A DNA stretch of 64,000 nucleotides from Verrucomicrobiota bacterium (lineage in GTDB: Bacteria; Verrucomicrobiota; Lentisphaeria; Lentisphaerales; Lentisphaeraceae): positions 1 through 64,000 of the forward strand of contig JBDKFG010000003.1 in assembly GCA_039798785.1 (NCBI GenBank). The letters are read 5' to 3'. Positions 7,302-17,212 of the stretch are shown piece by piece (position 1 is the stretch's first letter; the number at the start of each line of letters is the position of its first letter). Below the pieces are notes generated by a model. That model saw only the letters and a list, made by a program, of their open reading frames with translations. It searched no databases and was not told where the DNA came from. The position numbers and the translations under genes were made by a program.

Positions 7302-9332
7302 ATGAAACTCGCCAGCCTCTGCGGCGCCGCCGCTCTCTGCACCAGCGTCCTCTTCAGCTCGGGCTGCCAGGCCGGCCCCTTCCTCGGCCGCAACGCCGAC
7401 AACACCGTCAACCGCAGCCGCGTCGATGCCGCCATCGCCCGCGTCCTGCCCGCCCTGGTCCGCATCGAAGTGGTGCAGTACCGCCATGACGACGGCCGCG
7501 CCGTGCGCCAGCAGGGCACCGGATCGGGCACCATCTTCCGCCTCGACGGCAACACCGCTTACATCCTCACCAACTTCCATGTCACCGGCTACCCCGACAA
7601 GCTTCGCGTCATGATGAGCGACAAACAGAGCCTGGATGCGACTCTGGTCGGACTGGATCCCCTTGTCGATCTCGCAGTCATCAAGGTCGATCTGTCGCAA
7701 CGCAAGATCCAGACGCCGATCGAGGCGGTCGAATTTGGCGACAGCGATGATGTCCAGGTCGGTGATCCGGTGCTGGCGATGGGCTCGCCCGGCGCCTTGT
7801 CGCAATCGATCACTCTCGGCATCGTCGCGATCACCGACATGATTCCGCCCCGCCACATGGCCGGCGGCCTGTCCCTGGAAGGTGAAGTCCCTCCTGAAGT
7901 GATGCGCTGGATCGGTCACGACGCCGTCATCTTCCCAGGCAACTCCGGCGGCCCCCTGATCAACCTCAAGGGACAGATCGTCGGCGTCAACGAAGTCGGC
8001 ATCGCCTCTCTCGGCGGCGCCATCCCCGCCAACATCGCCCGCGCCATCGCTGATGAGCTCATCCAACGCGGCCGGATCTCGCGTTCCTACGCCGGTTTCG
8101 AAGTCCAGCCCTTGCTCAGCTCGATGCCGCAAGAAGGCGCCCTCGTCAGCACCGTCTTCAAGGATTCCCCGGCCGCCGCCGCGGGACTCAAGTCGGGCGA
8201 CTTGATCCTGAGCTGGAACGGCCAGCCCACCCTGTGCCGCTACGCCGAGGAGATCCCGCTCTTCAACTGGCGCGTCCTCAGCACTCCCGCAGGTGAACTG
8301 GTCAAGCTGCAAGTCCGCCGCGACGGCAAGGAGATGGAGATCGAACTGCGCACCATCGAGCGCGGCCTGAAAAAAGCCCCGGAACAGGAAGTCGAGGGCC
8401 TAGGCCTGGTCGTCCGCGACTTCAGCGTCTCGGAGTCGATGGAGCGTAAACGCGGCCTGCATTCGAAAGGCGTCGTCGTCCACTCCCGCCGCCCCGGACG
8501 CCCCGCCGATGTCTCCGACTTCCCGATCGAAGCCGGCGACATCATCACCCGCTTCGACGGCAAGGAAATCATCGATACCGGCTCCTTGAAGAGCGCCCTG
8601 CGCGCCGTCAAGGACCCAGGCAAGCCGGTGCCGGTCGAAATCCTCCGCGGCTCCGCCACTTTCGTCTCGCCAGTCGTGGTCCAACGCCCCGCCGAAACCC
8701 AGCCGCCCGCCAGCGCCGCCAAGCCCTGGTTCGGCATCGGCGCCCAGGTGGTCACGCCTCGCCTCTGCGAAGCCCTCGGCATAAACACTGTGGCTGGCGT
8801 CCGCGTCACCTCGATCACTCCCAATTCCCCCGCCGCCAAAGCCGGCATCAAGCCCGGTGACATCCTCACCGCCCTCTCTGGCCTGCCGATCAAAGCCTCC
8901 CGCAAAGAGGATGGCGAGGTCTTCGGCAACCTGCTGAAACAGTTCGATGCCGATGCCGAGATCGATATCAGCATCGTCCGCGATGGAGCCAAACAAACTC
9001 TCAAATGCACTCTCGAACCTGACCCATCGGGCAAGATCAGGGTCACTCCCACCAACTTCGAAAGCCTTGACCTCGCCTTAAGCGAAAAAGTCGACGAGAA
9101 ATCGGTCAAGCTGATCATCGCCCGCGTCGAAAACGCCGGCTGGGCCGCCCTCGCCGGACTCGTTGCCAACGACCAGATCCTCGCCGTCGATGGCGCAGAA
9201 ATCAAGTCGCTCGCCGAATTCCAAAAGGCCATCGACCAAGCGCGCGATGAGAAAAAAGGGAGCCTCATATTCAAAATCGCCCGCGGCCAACGCCAGAGCT
9301 TCCATGAAGTCACGCCGGAGTGGAATCGCTGA
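7302..9332 (+). CDS. HtrA/DegP-like serine protease with multiple PDZ domains
   Basis: GTGSG, LTNFHV, DLAVIK, IFPGNSGGPL triad; about four PDZ-like repeats; signal peptide. Confidence 0.9.
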   Translation: MKLASLCGAAALCTSVLFSSGCQAGPFLGRNADNTVNRSRVDAAIARVLPALVRIEVVQYRHDDGRAVRQQGTGSGTIFRLDGNTAYILTNFHVTGYPDKLRVMMSDKQSLDATLVGLDPLVDLAVIKVDLSQRKIQTPIEAVEFGDSDDVQVGDPVLAMGSPGALSQSITLGIVAITDMIPPRHMAGGLSLEGEVPPEVMRWIGHDAVIFPGNSGGPLINLKGQIVGVNEVGIASLGGAIPANIARAIADELIQRGRISRSYAGFEVQPLLSSMPQEGALVSTVFKDSPAAAAGLKSGDLILSWNGQPTLCRYAEEIPLFNWRVLSTPAGELVKLQVRRDGKEMEIELRTIERGLKKAPEQEVEGLGLVVRDFSVSESMERKRGLHSKGVVVHSRRPGRPADVSDFPIEAGDIITRFDGKEIIDTGSLKSALRAVKDPGKPVPVEILRGSATFVSPVVVQRPAETQPPASAAKPWFGIGAQVVTPRLCEALGINTVAGVRVTSITPNSPAAKAGIKPGDILTALSGLPIKASRKEDGEVFGNLLKQFDADAEIDISIVRDGAKQTLKCTLEPDPSGKIRVTPTNFESLDLALSEKVDEKSVKLIIARVENAGWAALAGLVANDQILAVDGAEIKSLAEFQKAIDQARDEKKGSLIFKIARGQRQSFHEVTPEWNR

Positions 9333-9338
9333 CGTATC

Positions 9339-9431
9339 AGGGAGTAAGGAAGGAGGGAGTAAAGGAGTGGAGCAAGAACACGTAAAGACACCCTGCGTCC
9401 ACTCCCCGACTCCCTGACTCCCTGACTCCCT
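9339..9431. repeat. Inverted arrays of an 8-mer (AGGGAGTM ... GACTCCCT x3)
   Basis: Read directly between the protease and aconitase genes. Confidence 0.65.
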
Positions 9432-9550
9432 ATTTTTTCTCTCTTTTTCTTGTCACAAGAAATTTCTCCTCTTCCCATAGCGACTTCAATCGTTAGAGTG
9501 AGTCTGATTGACTCTAAGACAACAACCCCCAAAAGAACCCAGGTGAGAAC

Positions 9551-11860
9551 ATGCTGTTCGACTTCGACATGATCCAGAAAGTCTACTCCCACACCGTCAC
9601 CCGCGTCGACGCCGCCCGCAAGCTGCTTAATCGTCCCCTGACCCTCACCGAGAAGATCATCTACACTCACCTCTGCCCCGGCGCCGAAACCAAGACCTAC
9701 ACCCGCGGCAAGGACTTCGCCGACTTCAACCCCGACCGCGTCGCCATGCAGGACGCCACCGCCCAGATGGCCCTCCTCCAGTTCACCACCGCCGGCCGCG
9801 CCAAGGTCGCCGTCCCCTCCTCGGTCCACGCCGACCACCTGATCACCGCCAAGGTCGACGCCACCGTCGACCTGCCCTTCGCCCAGAAAGAGAACGCCGA
9901 AGTCTACGGCTTCCTCTCCTCGGTCTCCGCCAAGTACGGCATCGACTTCTGGAAGCCCGGCGCCGGCATCATCCACCAGGTCGTCCTTGAGAACTACGCC
10001 TTCCCCGGCGGCATGATGATCGGCACCGACTCGCACACCGTCAACGCCGGCGGCCTCGGCATGCTCGCCATCGGCGTCGGCGGCGCCGACGCGGTCGACG
10101 CCATGGTCGGCCTCCCCTGGGAACTCAAATACCCCAAGATCATCGGCGTCAAACTCACCGGCAAGCTCTCCGGCTTCGCCTCGCCCAAGGACGTCATCCT
10201 CAAGCTCGCCGGCATCCTCACCGTCAAGGGCGGCACCAACTGCATCGTCGAATACTTCGGCGAAGGCGCCCGCTCGCTCTCCTGCACCGGTAAAGGCACC
10301 ATCTGCAACATGGGCGCGGAAATCGGCGCCACCACCTCGACCTTCTCCTACGACGACTCGATGGCCCGCTACCTCCGCGCCACCGGCCGCGCCGAAGTCG
10401 CCGCCGCCGCCGACAAGGTCGCCAAATACCTCCAGTGCGACCCCGAAGTCGAAGCCGATCCCGCCAAGTACTTCGACTCGGTCATCGAGATCGATCTCAG
10501 CAGCCTCAAGCCGCACTACAACGGCCCCTTCTCGCCCGACCGCGCCTTCGAAGTCGGCAACATGGCTGAATCGGTCAAGGAATTCGACTCGCTCACCGAA
10601 GTCAGCGCCGCCCTCATCGGCTCCTGCACCAACTCCTCCTTCGAAGACCTCTCCCGCGCCGCCAGCATCTGCCAGCAGGCCCTCGACAAGGGCATCAAGC
10701 CCAAGTGCAAGCTGATCATCAACCCCGGCTCCGAAGTGGTCCGCGCCACCGCCGAAGCCCACGGCCTGATGGACATCTTCAACAAGTTCGGCGCCGTCCT
10801 GATGACCAACGCCTGCGGCCCCTGCATCGGCATGTGGGACCGCGACGGCGCCTCCAAGGGCGAGAAGAACACCATCGTCCACTCCTTCAACCGCAACTTC
10901 AAGTCGCGCGCTGACGGCAACCCCAACACCCACGCCTTCGTCTCCTCGCCCGAAATGGCCGCCGTCGCCGCCATCTCCGGCTCGCTCCTCTTCGACCCCG
11001 CCACCGACACCCTGACCAACGCCAAGGGCGAACAGGTCAAGCTCGTCCTCCCCACCGGCGACGAGCTGCCGAAGAAAGGCTTCCACGCCGATGACCCCGG
11101 CTACCAGGCTCCCGCCAAGGACGGCTCGGGCATCACCATCGCCATCGACCCCAAGTCGGACCGCCTGCAGAAGCTCGAGCCCTTCACCGTCTGGAACGGC
11201 CAGGACATCAAGGGCGCCGCCCTCCTCATCAAGGCCAAGGGCAAGTGCACCACCGACCACATCTCGATGGCCGGCCCCTGGCTCAAGTACCGCGGCCACC
11301 TCGAGAACATCTCGAACAACCTCCTGATCGGCGCCACCAACGCCTTCAACGGCGAAGCCAACAAGGTCAAGAACGAGATCTCCGGCGAATACGTCAAGGT
11401 CCCCGAAGCCGCCAAAGCCTACAAGGCCGCCGGCATCGGCTCGATCGTCTTCGGTGACGAGAACTACGGCGAAGGCTCCTCGCGCGAACACGCCGCCATG
11501 GAACCCCGCTTCCTCGGCGTCCACGCCGTGATGGTGAAATCCTTCGCCCGCATCCACGAGACCAACCTCAAGAAGCAGGGCATGCTCGCCCTCACCTTCG
11601 CCAACCCCGCCGACTACGACAAGGTCCAGGAAGGCGACAAGGTCGACATCCTCGGCCTGCAAAGCTTCGCCCCCGGCAAGAACCTCACCGTGGTCCTCCA
11701 CCACAAGAACGGTTCGTCCGAGACCATCGAAGCCAAGCACACCTACAACGATCAACAGATCGTCTGGTTCAAAGCCGGCTCGGCCCTCAACGAGATCAAG
11801 AAGAACTTCGCCGCCGCCGCAAAAACCGCCACCCCCAAATCGGGTTGCTGCGCGCACTGA
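9551..11860 (+). CDS. acnA: Aconitate hydratase, mitochondrial/Bacteroidota type
   Basis: [52 protein letters not shown]. Confidence 0.95.
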   Translation: MLFDFDMIQKVYSHTVTRVDAARKLLNRPLTLTEKIIYTHLCPGAETKTYTRGKDFADFNPDRVAMQDATAQMALLQFTTAGRAKVAVPSSVHADHLITAKVDATVDLPFAQKENAEVYGFLSSVSAKYGIDFWKPGAGIIHQVVLENYAFPGGMMIGTDSHTVNAGGLGMLAIGVGGADAVDAMVGLPWELKYPKIIGVKLTGKLSGFASPKDVILKLAGILTVKGGTNCIVEYFGEGARSLSCTGKGTICNMGAEIGATTSTFSYDDSMARYLRATGRAEVAAAADKVAKYLQCDPEVEADPAKYFDSVIEIDLSSLKPHYNGPFSPDRAFEVGNMAESVKEFDSLTEVSAALIGSCTNSSFEDLSRAASICQQALDKGIKPKCKLIINPGSEVVRATAEAHGLMDIFNKFGAVLMTNACGPCIGMWDRDGASKGEKNTIVHSFNRNFKSRADGNPNTHAFVSSPEMAAVAAISGSLLFDPATDTLTNAKGEQVKLVLPTGDELPKKGFHADDPGYQAPAKDGSGITIAIDPKSDRLQKLEPFTVWNGQDIKGAALLIKAKGKCTTDHISMAGPWLKYRGHLENISNNLLIGATNAFNGEANKVKNEISGEYVKVPEAAKAYKAAGIGSIVFGDENYGEGSSREHAAMEPRFLGVHAVMVKSFARIHETNLKKQGMLALTFANPADYDKVQEGDKVDILGLQSFAPGKNLTVVLHHKNGSSETIEAKHTYNDQQIVWFKAGSALNEIKKNFAAAAKTATPKSGCCAH

Positions 11861-11876
11861 GGTGTGGAGACAGCCC

Positions 11877-11914
11877 AAAATCCCCTCGCAACTTGGTTGC
11901 GAGGGGGATTTTTT
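11877..11914 (+). terminator. Intrinsic terminator
   Basis: AAAATCCCCTCGCAAC-TTG-GTTGCGAGGGGGATTTTTT. Confidence 0.85.
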
Positions 11915-11944
11915 AACTTCAACAGCTAAAGAAAGTAATACACC

Positions 11945-13762
11945 ATGATTGCGTCATTATTTGCGGCTCTATATCTGTCTTTTTCCCCAAAAAATCCTGC
12001 GGATTCTAATCCAGAAAAAAAAGATCCCATTGAAGTCATAAAATCTCTATCGGCATCACCTAATTCAATTCCATTGTATTCTCCTGATGGGAAATACTTT
12101 ATTCTCGGCGGATCGACGCTTCAGATATTTGATGCGAAATCACGTGAAATACTTGATGTCTGGGGAATCGGTTCTGATAAAATTAAGGCGCTAAATCTCA
12201 CCCCCAGTGGAAAAATCTTGGTAATCGAATTTGAAATCCCAGAAAAAAACAAAGAATATTATCATCTTGCGAATCACGAAATTGCAGTTTATAGCTTCCC
12301 CGAAGGGAAGCAAATAAATAGATTTAAGAGCGTTTCGCGGAGTTCCCAAAAAAAATCTAGACTGGCAATCAGTCCTGACGGCACCAAAGTCGCAACCGAA
12401 AGCAAGAATAAAATCACAGTTTTTGGGATTGTGGATGGGAAAATTCAGAAAGAGTTTGTCGATAAGAGTGAATCTCCTGGCATTAGTGATTGTGCCTTTG
12501 ATGCTACACCTGACTGGAAGTATTTCTTTTTAAATAAGTCAAGAGTAGCTTATTCAAGCGAGGAGGTCGTCAATAAGATCAAGATTGATGACAGCATGTT
12601 TGGGTCGCAATTTATTTCTCCTGACGGCAAGCTGGCTTTTGTAAGTGATGGAAGATACTCTAAAAAATCAATCTACAACATTGATACAGGAGAACTCATT
12701 AAAGAATGCCCAACCAATTTTGAGGAGCGCAACGCGGTGGTTGACTGGGTCAATCAGCGGGTGATTTTCAATCGCTACTACTGGGATTTTAATAAAAATA
12801 TTATTTGCGCTCTCTCAGCGACCCTAGCCGCAGATGGGGGGCTACCAGCCATATCGCCTGATCACTCGGAAATCTCGCAATCAGAAAAATGGGAAAAAAT
12901 TTCAAGTTTCAAAGAAAAGCCAGGAGCCGACTTAGAATATAAAGACTGGGTCAATGTATTTAAATTGCAGAAACCGGATTTCCTTGTTTTTGATAATCTT
13001 GAGTCCACCTTGCCATCGCAAAAGCTGGATCTGAAAACAAAAAAATTTATACCCATAAAATCAGATGACTCGTATGCAGGTCGTCTTGTTAAAAATTTTG
13101 GGGAAGGTTGCGAAGGTGTAAAAACCTCTAAAAACATGAGTTTCTTTTATTTTATGGGAGAATTATATTTTCCGGGATCAACAAAGAAAGGTAAAATCAA
13201 GCTCTACGAGGATGAATCCTTCACTATGACTGGCGAAGGATTGATGACTGATAAGATTTGCGCTATTGTTTTGCAGAAAAACTCTCCTGACTTTGTCAGA
13301 GTTATGGAGATACCATCCAAGAAAATCATTTGCGAAATTCCACACAGCTTCTCTTCAAGCATAATTACTGGTAGTGATAAATGGATTGCCATAAACGACA
13401 ATTCTCGCAATCACACTTCAATATTTCACTTTCATTCTCTTCCTGGCGGGAAAAAGATCCATGAAATGGTGGCCTCACCTACCGGGATTGCTAGATTTAT
13501 CGATAATGATCGTGTAATTGTGACTCACGGCAATATGGCTGATGTCATATCCACTAAAACTTGGAAGCCGATCTCTTCATTCGCTGTGAAATACGGTCAT
13601 ATTGCAAGTTGCACTGTATCCAACAACGGCAAGCTCGTACTAGTAACTACTGACGCAAATAACTACGTGCTTCTAGATGGGGCTACTTGTCGCCCTATCA
13701 ACATACTCTACATGAGTAAAGGCGAGCCTTATCTTGCTCCGTTTAGCAAGCCCTCTCGCTGA
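11945..13762 (+). CDS. AT-rich WD40-like beta-propeller protein, probably exported
   Basis: Repeated SPDGK/SPDGT/TPSGK blade motifs; hydrophobic N-terminus; composition differs from flanks. Confidence 0.7.
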   Translation: MIASLFAALYLSFSPKNPADSNPEKKDPIEVIKSLSASPNSIPLYSPDGKYFILGGSTLQIFDAKSREILDVWGIGSDKIKALNLTPSGKILVIEFEIPEKNKEYYHLANHEIAVYSFPEGKQINRFKSVSRSSQKKSRLAISPDGTKVATESKNKITVFGIVDGKIQKEFVDKSESPGISDCAFDATPDWKYFFLNKSRVAYSSEEVVNKIKIDDSMFGSQFISPDGKLAFVSDGRYSKKSIYNIDTGELIKECPTNFEERNAVVDWVNQRVIFNRYYWDFNKNIICALSATLAADGGLPAISPDHSEISQSEKWEKISSFKEKPGADLEYKDWVNVFKLQKPDFLVFDNLESTLPSQKLDLKTKKFIPIKSDDSYAGRLVKNFGEGCEGVKTSKNMSFFYFMGELYFPGSTKKGKIKLYEDESFTMTGEGLMTDKICAIVLQKNSPDFVRVMEIPSKKIICEIPHSFSSSIITGSDKWIAINDNSRNHTSIFHFHSLPGGKKIHEMVASPTGIARFIDNDRVIVTHGNMADVISTKTWKPISSFAVKYGHIASCTVSNNGKLVLVTTDANNYVLLDGATCRPINILYMSKGEPYLAPFSKPSR

Positions 13763-13776
13763 ATCCCAAGCCCCCC

Positions 13777-14055
13777 ATGACCGTTCTCCTCCCCATCCTC
13801 CTTCTCCTCGCCCTCGTCTTTGGCTTTGGCTTGGGCTTTCAGAAGATCGGCTTTCTCCGCACCTGTTTGGCGGCGGTCTTGGTCTTCCTCTTCGGTAGCC
13901 AACTTTGGGTAGCGGGCTACGCCCTCAAGGAGCTGACCGAGCACAGCTCGATCGACTGGCAAGACATGCTGCTTTTCTTCCTCACCCAGCTCCTCCTCCT
14001 CGGCAGCGTCTTCGCGACGGTCAAGATGGCAGCCTTTTTCAAGAATCGCGACTGA
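13777..14055 (+). CDS. Small membrane protein (about three TM segments)
   Basis: Hydrophobic ORF 14 bp downstream of the previous gene. Confidence 0.6.
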   Translation: MTVLLPILLLLALVFGFGLGFQKIGFLRTCLAAVLVFLFGSQLWVAGYALKELTEHSSIDWQDMLLFFLTQLLLLGSVFATVKMAAFFKNRD

Positions 14056-14064
14056 ACCTCCCCG

Positions 14065-14278
14065 CTGGGCTCGCCGGCATCCTGCCGGCTGCGCTCTGCC
14101 GCTCCCTAACTGGGCTCGTCGGCATCCTGCCGGCTGTTGCTTATTGTTCATCGCGACGGGAGCGAAGCAACAACAAGCCGGCAGGATGCCGACGAGCCCA
14201 GTGGGGAACAATGCCGTTTGCTAAGTGAGTGTTACCTTTAGCTCAAGCAACAAGCCGGCAGGATGCCGGCGAGCCCAG
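14065..14278. repeat. Four REP-like palindromes CTGGGCTCGYCGGCATCCTGCCGGCT (two forward, two inverted)
   Basis: Copies at 14065-14091 and 14110-14136; reverse complements at 14176-14201 and 14253-14278. Confidence 0.9.
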
Positions 14279-14292
14279 TGGGGAGGAAAACG

Positions 14293-14530
14293 ATGAACGA
14301 GCCGATTCAAGATCGCTGGTACAGTCGAGGCTATCTGCCGCACCGCGATGCTCCAGGCTTGGCGCAGTTCCTCACCTTCCGTCTCGCCGACTCCTTGCCC
14401 GAAGCCAGTCTACGGCGCATCTCCTCGGAATTGGAAATGCTGCCGCCAGATGAACGAACCTTGCGTCGACAACGCCGCCTCGCCGCCCTCGAAGATGCCG
14501 GCATCGGCGCCTGCGTTTTGCGTCAGCAAA
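14293..14530 (+). pseudogene. 5' fragment of a REP-associated tyrosine transposase (RAYT, IS200/Y1 type)
   Basis: GGGAGG RBS; WYSRGYLPH...QFLTFRLADSLP...DAGIGACVL; HUH (NHxH) motif and catalytic Tyr region absent. Confidence 0.75.
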
Positions 14531-14678
14531 CGCCAGAAAGGCCGCGGCATGGCCTGGTCGGCGGACGGCTTCTAGGCCTTGGCGATGATTCGCACCACCA
14601 TCGTCAGCGGTGGGCTCAAGTCATGGATGGATTCCAGCTCAATTGAGTTTAAAGCCGGGTGATTTGGAGTGAAACAGG
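14522..14678 (+). mobile_element. 3' remnant of a DDE transposase (ISLre2/ISKra4-like) with a candidate right inverted repeat
   Basis: VSKRQKGRGMAWSADGF*ALAMIRT...W reads like the R-x-K-x-x-GM-x-WS C-terminal motif; candidate IR GTGATTTGGAGTGAAACAGG at 14659-14678. Confidence 0.45.
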
Positions 14679-14809
14679 TCGAAATTTTCCAAAAATCCGC
14701 AGCAGGCGGCGAGGGATGTATCCATCGGCTTGTGTATTTCAGATGAAGACAGCTGCCTTCTCCAGTCCAATCCCAGCCCCCACCCACCAATCCAAGGAAA
14801 TCACTGCCC

Positions 14810-15850
14810 ATGTACATCAGCACGCTTCTCTGCTTGCCTCTGTTTCTCCAATCTCCCGCCCCGGATTCCCAATCGGCGACGCCTCCCGCCTCGGTCACCG
14901 CCCCCCCTGCCACCCCGAAACAGCCCCTCGGCGAAGGCTCCGACGCACCGGCCTTGAATCTCAACAAATGGCTCCAGGGCGAGAGCATCGACAAGCTCGA
15001 CCCGAAAGGCACCTACATCATCGAATGCTGGGCCTCCTGGTGCCCGCCTTGCATCGACTCGCTACCCCGTCTCAATCAGATCGCCAAGGACTTCAAAGGC
15101 AAGATCCAGATCCTCGCCGTAAACGTCTGGGACAAACCTGAAGCAGCCCAGAAATTCCTCGCCAAACACGGCAAAAGCTTAAGCTTCCCCATCGCTTACG
15201 GCGGCGCCAACGAGACTTCCCCCTTCGCCAGGAGCTGGCTCGTCCCGGCTGGGATCGAAGGGATCCCCAGCGCCTTTGTCGTCCATCAAGGCAAAATCGC
15301 CGCCATCCTTCATCCCGAGCTCCTCTCGAAAGAAATGCTCGAGGCCCTCGCCGCCAACGACACCGCGCGATTCAAGTCTCTTTATGAGGAGGATCGCCTC
15401 GTCGAGGCGGAGGAGGAAGAGGGGGAAGGCGATTGCGAGGACGAGGCCGAAGAGGGGGAAGACGATTGCGAGGACGAGGCCCAAGAGGGGGAAGGCGAGG
15501 CCGAATCGGTGTTCAACATCAGCCGGCAAGTCGCCATTCTCGGCCTTGAAAACGTCCTCTCCGGACTCGCCTTCACCCTGAAAGCTTCGGACAAGAACTA
15601 TCAAGCGCAGCCGGAGTCCTTCTCCTTCCACGAGCCCACCGGCCTGCTGTATTTCCGCGGCAGTGAAGCCCAGCTCGAACTGATCGAGAAAGCCCTGAAG
15701 GAACTCGCGAAGGCGGAAAAACCCGAGCCTTCCGGTGAATCGGAGGAAGCATCCGGTGACCCGGCAGAAATGGAAGTCGAAACCGAAGAGGATGAGGCCG
15801 AAGAGTCAGCGTCATTCCCTGCGACAAAAGCTCTTCAGGCAGCAGTTTAA
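14810..15850 (+). CDS. Exported TlpA-like redoxin with an acidic linker and an extra C-terminal domain
   Basis: ECWASWCPPC and GIPSAF (cis-Pro) motifs; signal peptide. Confidence 0.85.
   Translation: MYISTLLCLPLFLQSPAPDSQSATPPASVTAPPATPKQPLGEGSDAPALNLNKWLQGESIDKLDPKGTYIIECWASWCPPCIDSLPRLNQIAKDFKGKIQILAVNVWDKPEAAQKFLAKHGKSLSFPIAYGGANETSPFARSWLVPAGIEGIPSAFVVHQGKIAAILHPELLSKEMLEALAANDTARFKSLYEEDRLVEAEEEEGEGDCEDEAEEGEDDCEDEAQEGEGEAESVFNISRQVAILGLENVLSGLAFTLKASDKNYQAQPESFSFHEPTGLLYFRGSEAQLELIEKALKELAKAEKPEPSGESEEASGDPAEMEVETEEDEAEESASFPATKALQAAV
15417..15498 (+). repeat. 33-bp coding tandem repeat, about 2.5 copies (EEGEGDCEDEA)
   Basis: Read directly. Confidence 0.85.
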
Positions 15851-15870
15851 ACCTGAAACGGGAGGAGGAG

Positions 15871-16470
15871 ATGATGTTTCATTCTGACGGCAGTCTGTCG
15901 ACTCCTTCCTCCCGGCATTTTCACGACATGCTGACCGCCGGTCCCGCGAACAAGATCGCCCGTCTCACCCAAGGCTTGAGCGAGGGCCGGGAATCCGCCT
16001 TCCTCGAGCTCCATTCCGATTGGGCTCCGCGGCTTTACCGATATCTCTACACCTGCAGCCGCGGAGACGGCACCGCTGCAAGCGAATGCCTTCAGGACAC
16101 AATGATCCGAATCGCCCGCTACGCCCGCAGCTTCGACAGCGAAGAGGCCTTCTGGAAATGGCTTTGCATGCTGGGGCGCCAGAGCCTGATCAACCGATGG
16201 AAGGCCAACCGGCGCTACGTTCCCCTCGACAACGATGAGCGAGTGGTTCCATCCCGAGCCCTGCCGCCCGATCTGGCGGACGCCTTGCAGCGGGCGCTTG
16301 GCGAACTTGACGAGAGCGAAAAAGCCATGCTCCGCGATTATTACTGGGAAGATGACAGCCAGGATCAGATCGGCGAAAAGATGGGCATCAGCCGCAAGGC
16401 CGTGGAGTCCCGACTGGCTCGTCTGCGTGATCGGCTGAAGATCAAAATCAGGGAGATTCTGCAATCATGA
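15871..16470 (+). CDS. ECF (sigma-70 group 4) sigma factor
   Basis: Region 2 (LQDTMIRI...FWKWL) and region 4 (IGEKMGISRKAVESRLARLR). Confidence 0.9.
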   Translation: MMFHSDGSLSTPSSRHFHDMLTAGPANKIARLTQGLSEGRESAFLELHSDWAPRLYRYLYTCSRGDGTAASECLQDTMIRIARYARSFDSEEAFWKWLCMLGRQSLINRWKANRRYVPLDNDERVVPSRALPPDLADALQRALGELDESEKAMLRDYYWEDDSQDQIGEKMGISRKAVESRLARLRDRLKIKIREILQS

Positions 16471-16919
16471 ATGACCGCAATCCCAAGGCCGAAGAGGCCC
16501 TTTTCGACGACCTGCTGAAAGACGAAGTCGCCGCAGCTCTGGCAGCCTCACGCCAGGCCGGATTAGGCGAACTGCGCCGCCGCCGCTGGAGCCGGAATTT
16601 GACTCTGGTTCTGGCCGTCGCTGCTGCATTGCTCTTGGCCATCGGCATCCAATGGCAGACCCGCACCAAACCGCAAGAGCCGCAGATCGCCTCGATTGCG
16701 GGCATCGCAAAACCGCAGGTCAAAACTCCGGTGAGCAGCAAGCTGGTGAATCCGGTGATGAACATGGTCCGGATCGAGCGCCAAGGCTTCCTGGTGCCGG
16801 TGAAGATCACCAGCACCTCGGAGCTCGTCTCCTGCAAGCAGCTCAGCCGAGCTCATGGCGTGCGCCCTCGAGTGATGCCCCTGCCGGGCTCCAAATTGCC
16901 GAAGAAAAGCCATTCCTGA
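16467..16919 (+). CDS. Putative single-TM anti-sigma factor
   Basis: ATGA overlap with the ECF gene; RRRR followed by a TM helix. Confidence 0.65.
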   Translation: MNDRNPKAEEALFDDLLKDEVAAALAASRQAGLGELRRRRWSRNLTLVLAVAAALLLAIGIQWQTRTKPQEPQIASIAGIAKPQVKTPVSSKLVNPVMNMVRIERQGFLVPVKITSTSELVSCKQLSRAHGVRPRVMPLPGSKLPKKSHS

Positions 16920-17040
16920 AGAGCGGCTGCAGTTTCCTGATGGCGTGAATGGCTTTACCCTATCCCGACAGAGCCGGAACCAAATTTCACCACGAAAGAC
17001 ACTGAATACACGGAATCAGCTGAAGCTCTGCTCTTCCTGC

Positions 17041-17138
17041 AGCCCCGAAGGGGCGACCTGACCTCAGCCCCGGGTGGAGCCGAGGAACGAGGCGTAACCC
17101 CGGGTAGGACGAGAAATGAGTTCGAGCCCCAGCGGGGC
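17041..17138. repeat. REP-like palindromic element related to 1874-1974 (opposite orientation)
   Basis: GCCCCGAAGGGGC, CCCCGGGT...ACCCCGGG and GAGCCCCAGCGGGGC hairpins. Confidence 0.7.
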
Positions 17139-17212
17139 ATCTCGCTTGTTGAGCTCCCCAGCCGCACGGAACGGACCGGAAACCCTAGGGAGAGGGTTGT
17201 TTCCTAAACCGC

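Noticed and set aside
8240..11878. 1212-aa minus-strand ORF, and similar long antisense ORFs (3041-3949, 24404-25648, 33364-34842, 56165-58024)
   Set aside because: Shadows of real genes; strong C-ending codon bias leaves the antisense frame stop-poor; no motifs
14065..14278. Possible mini CRISPR array
   Set aside because: Repeats occur in both orientations with irregular spacing, next to a RAYT fragment; no cas genes
16830..16948. Possible frameshift in the anti-sigma C-terminus
   Set aside because: An alternative frame is open, but there is no homology evidence to choose between frames
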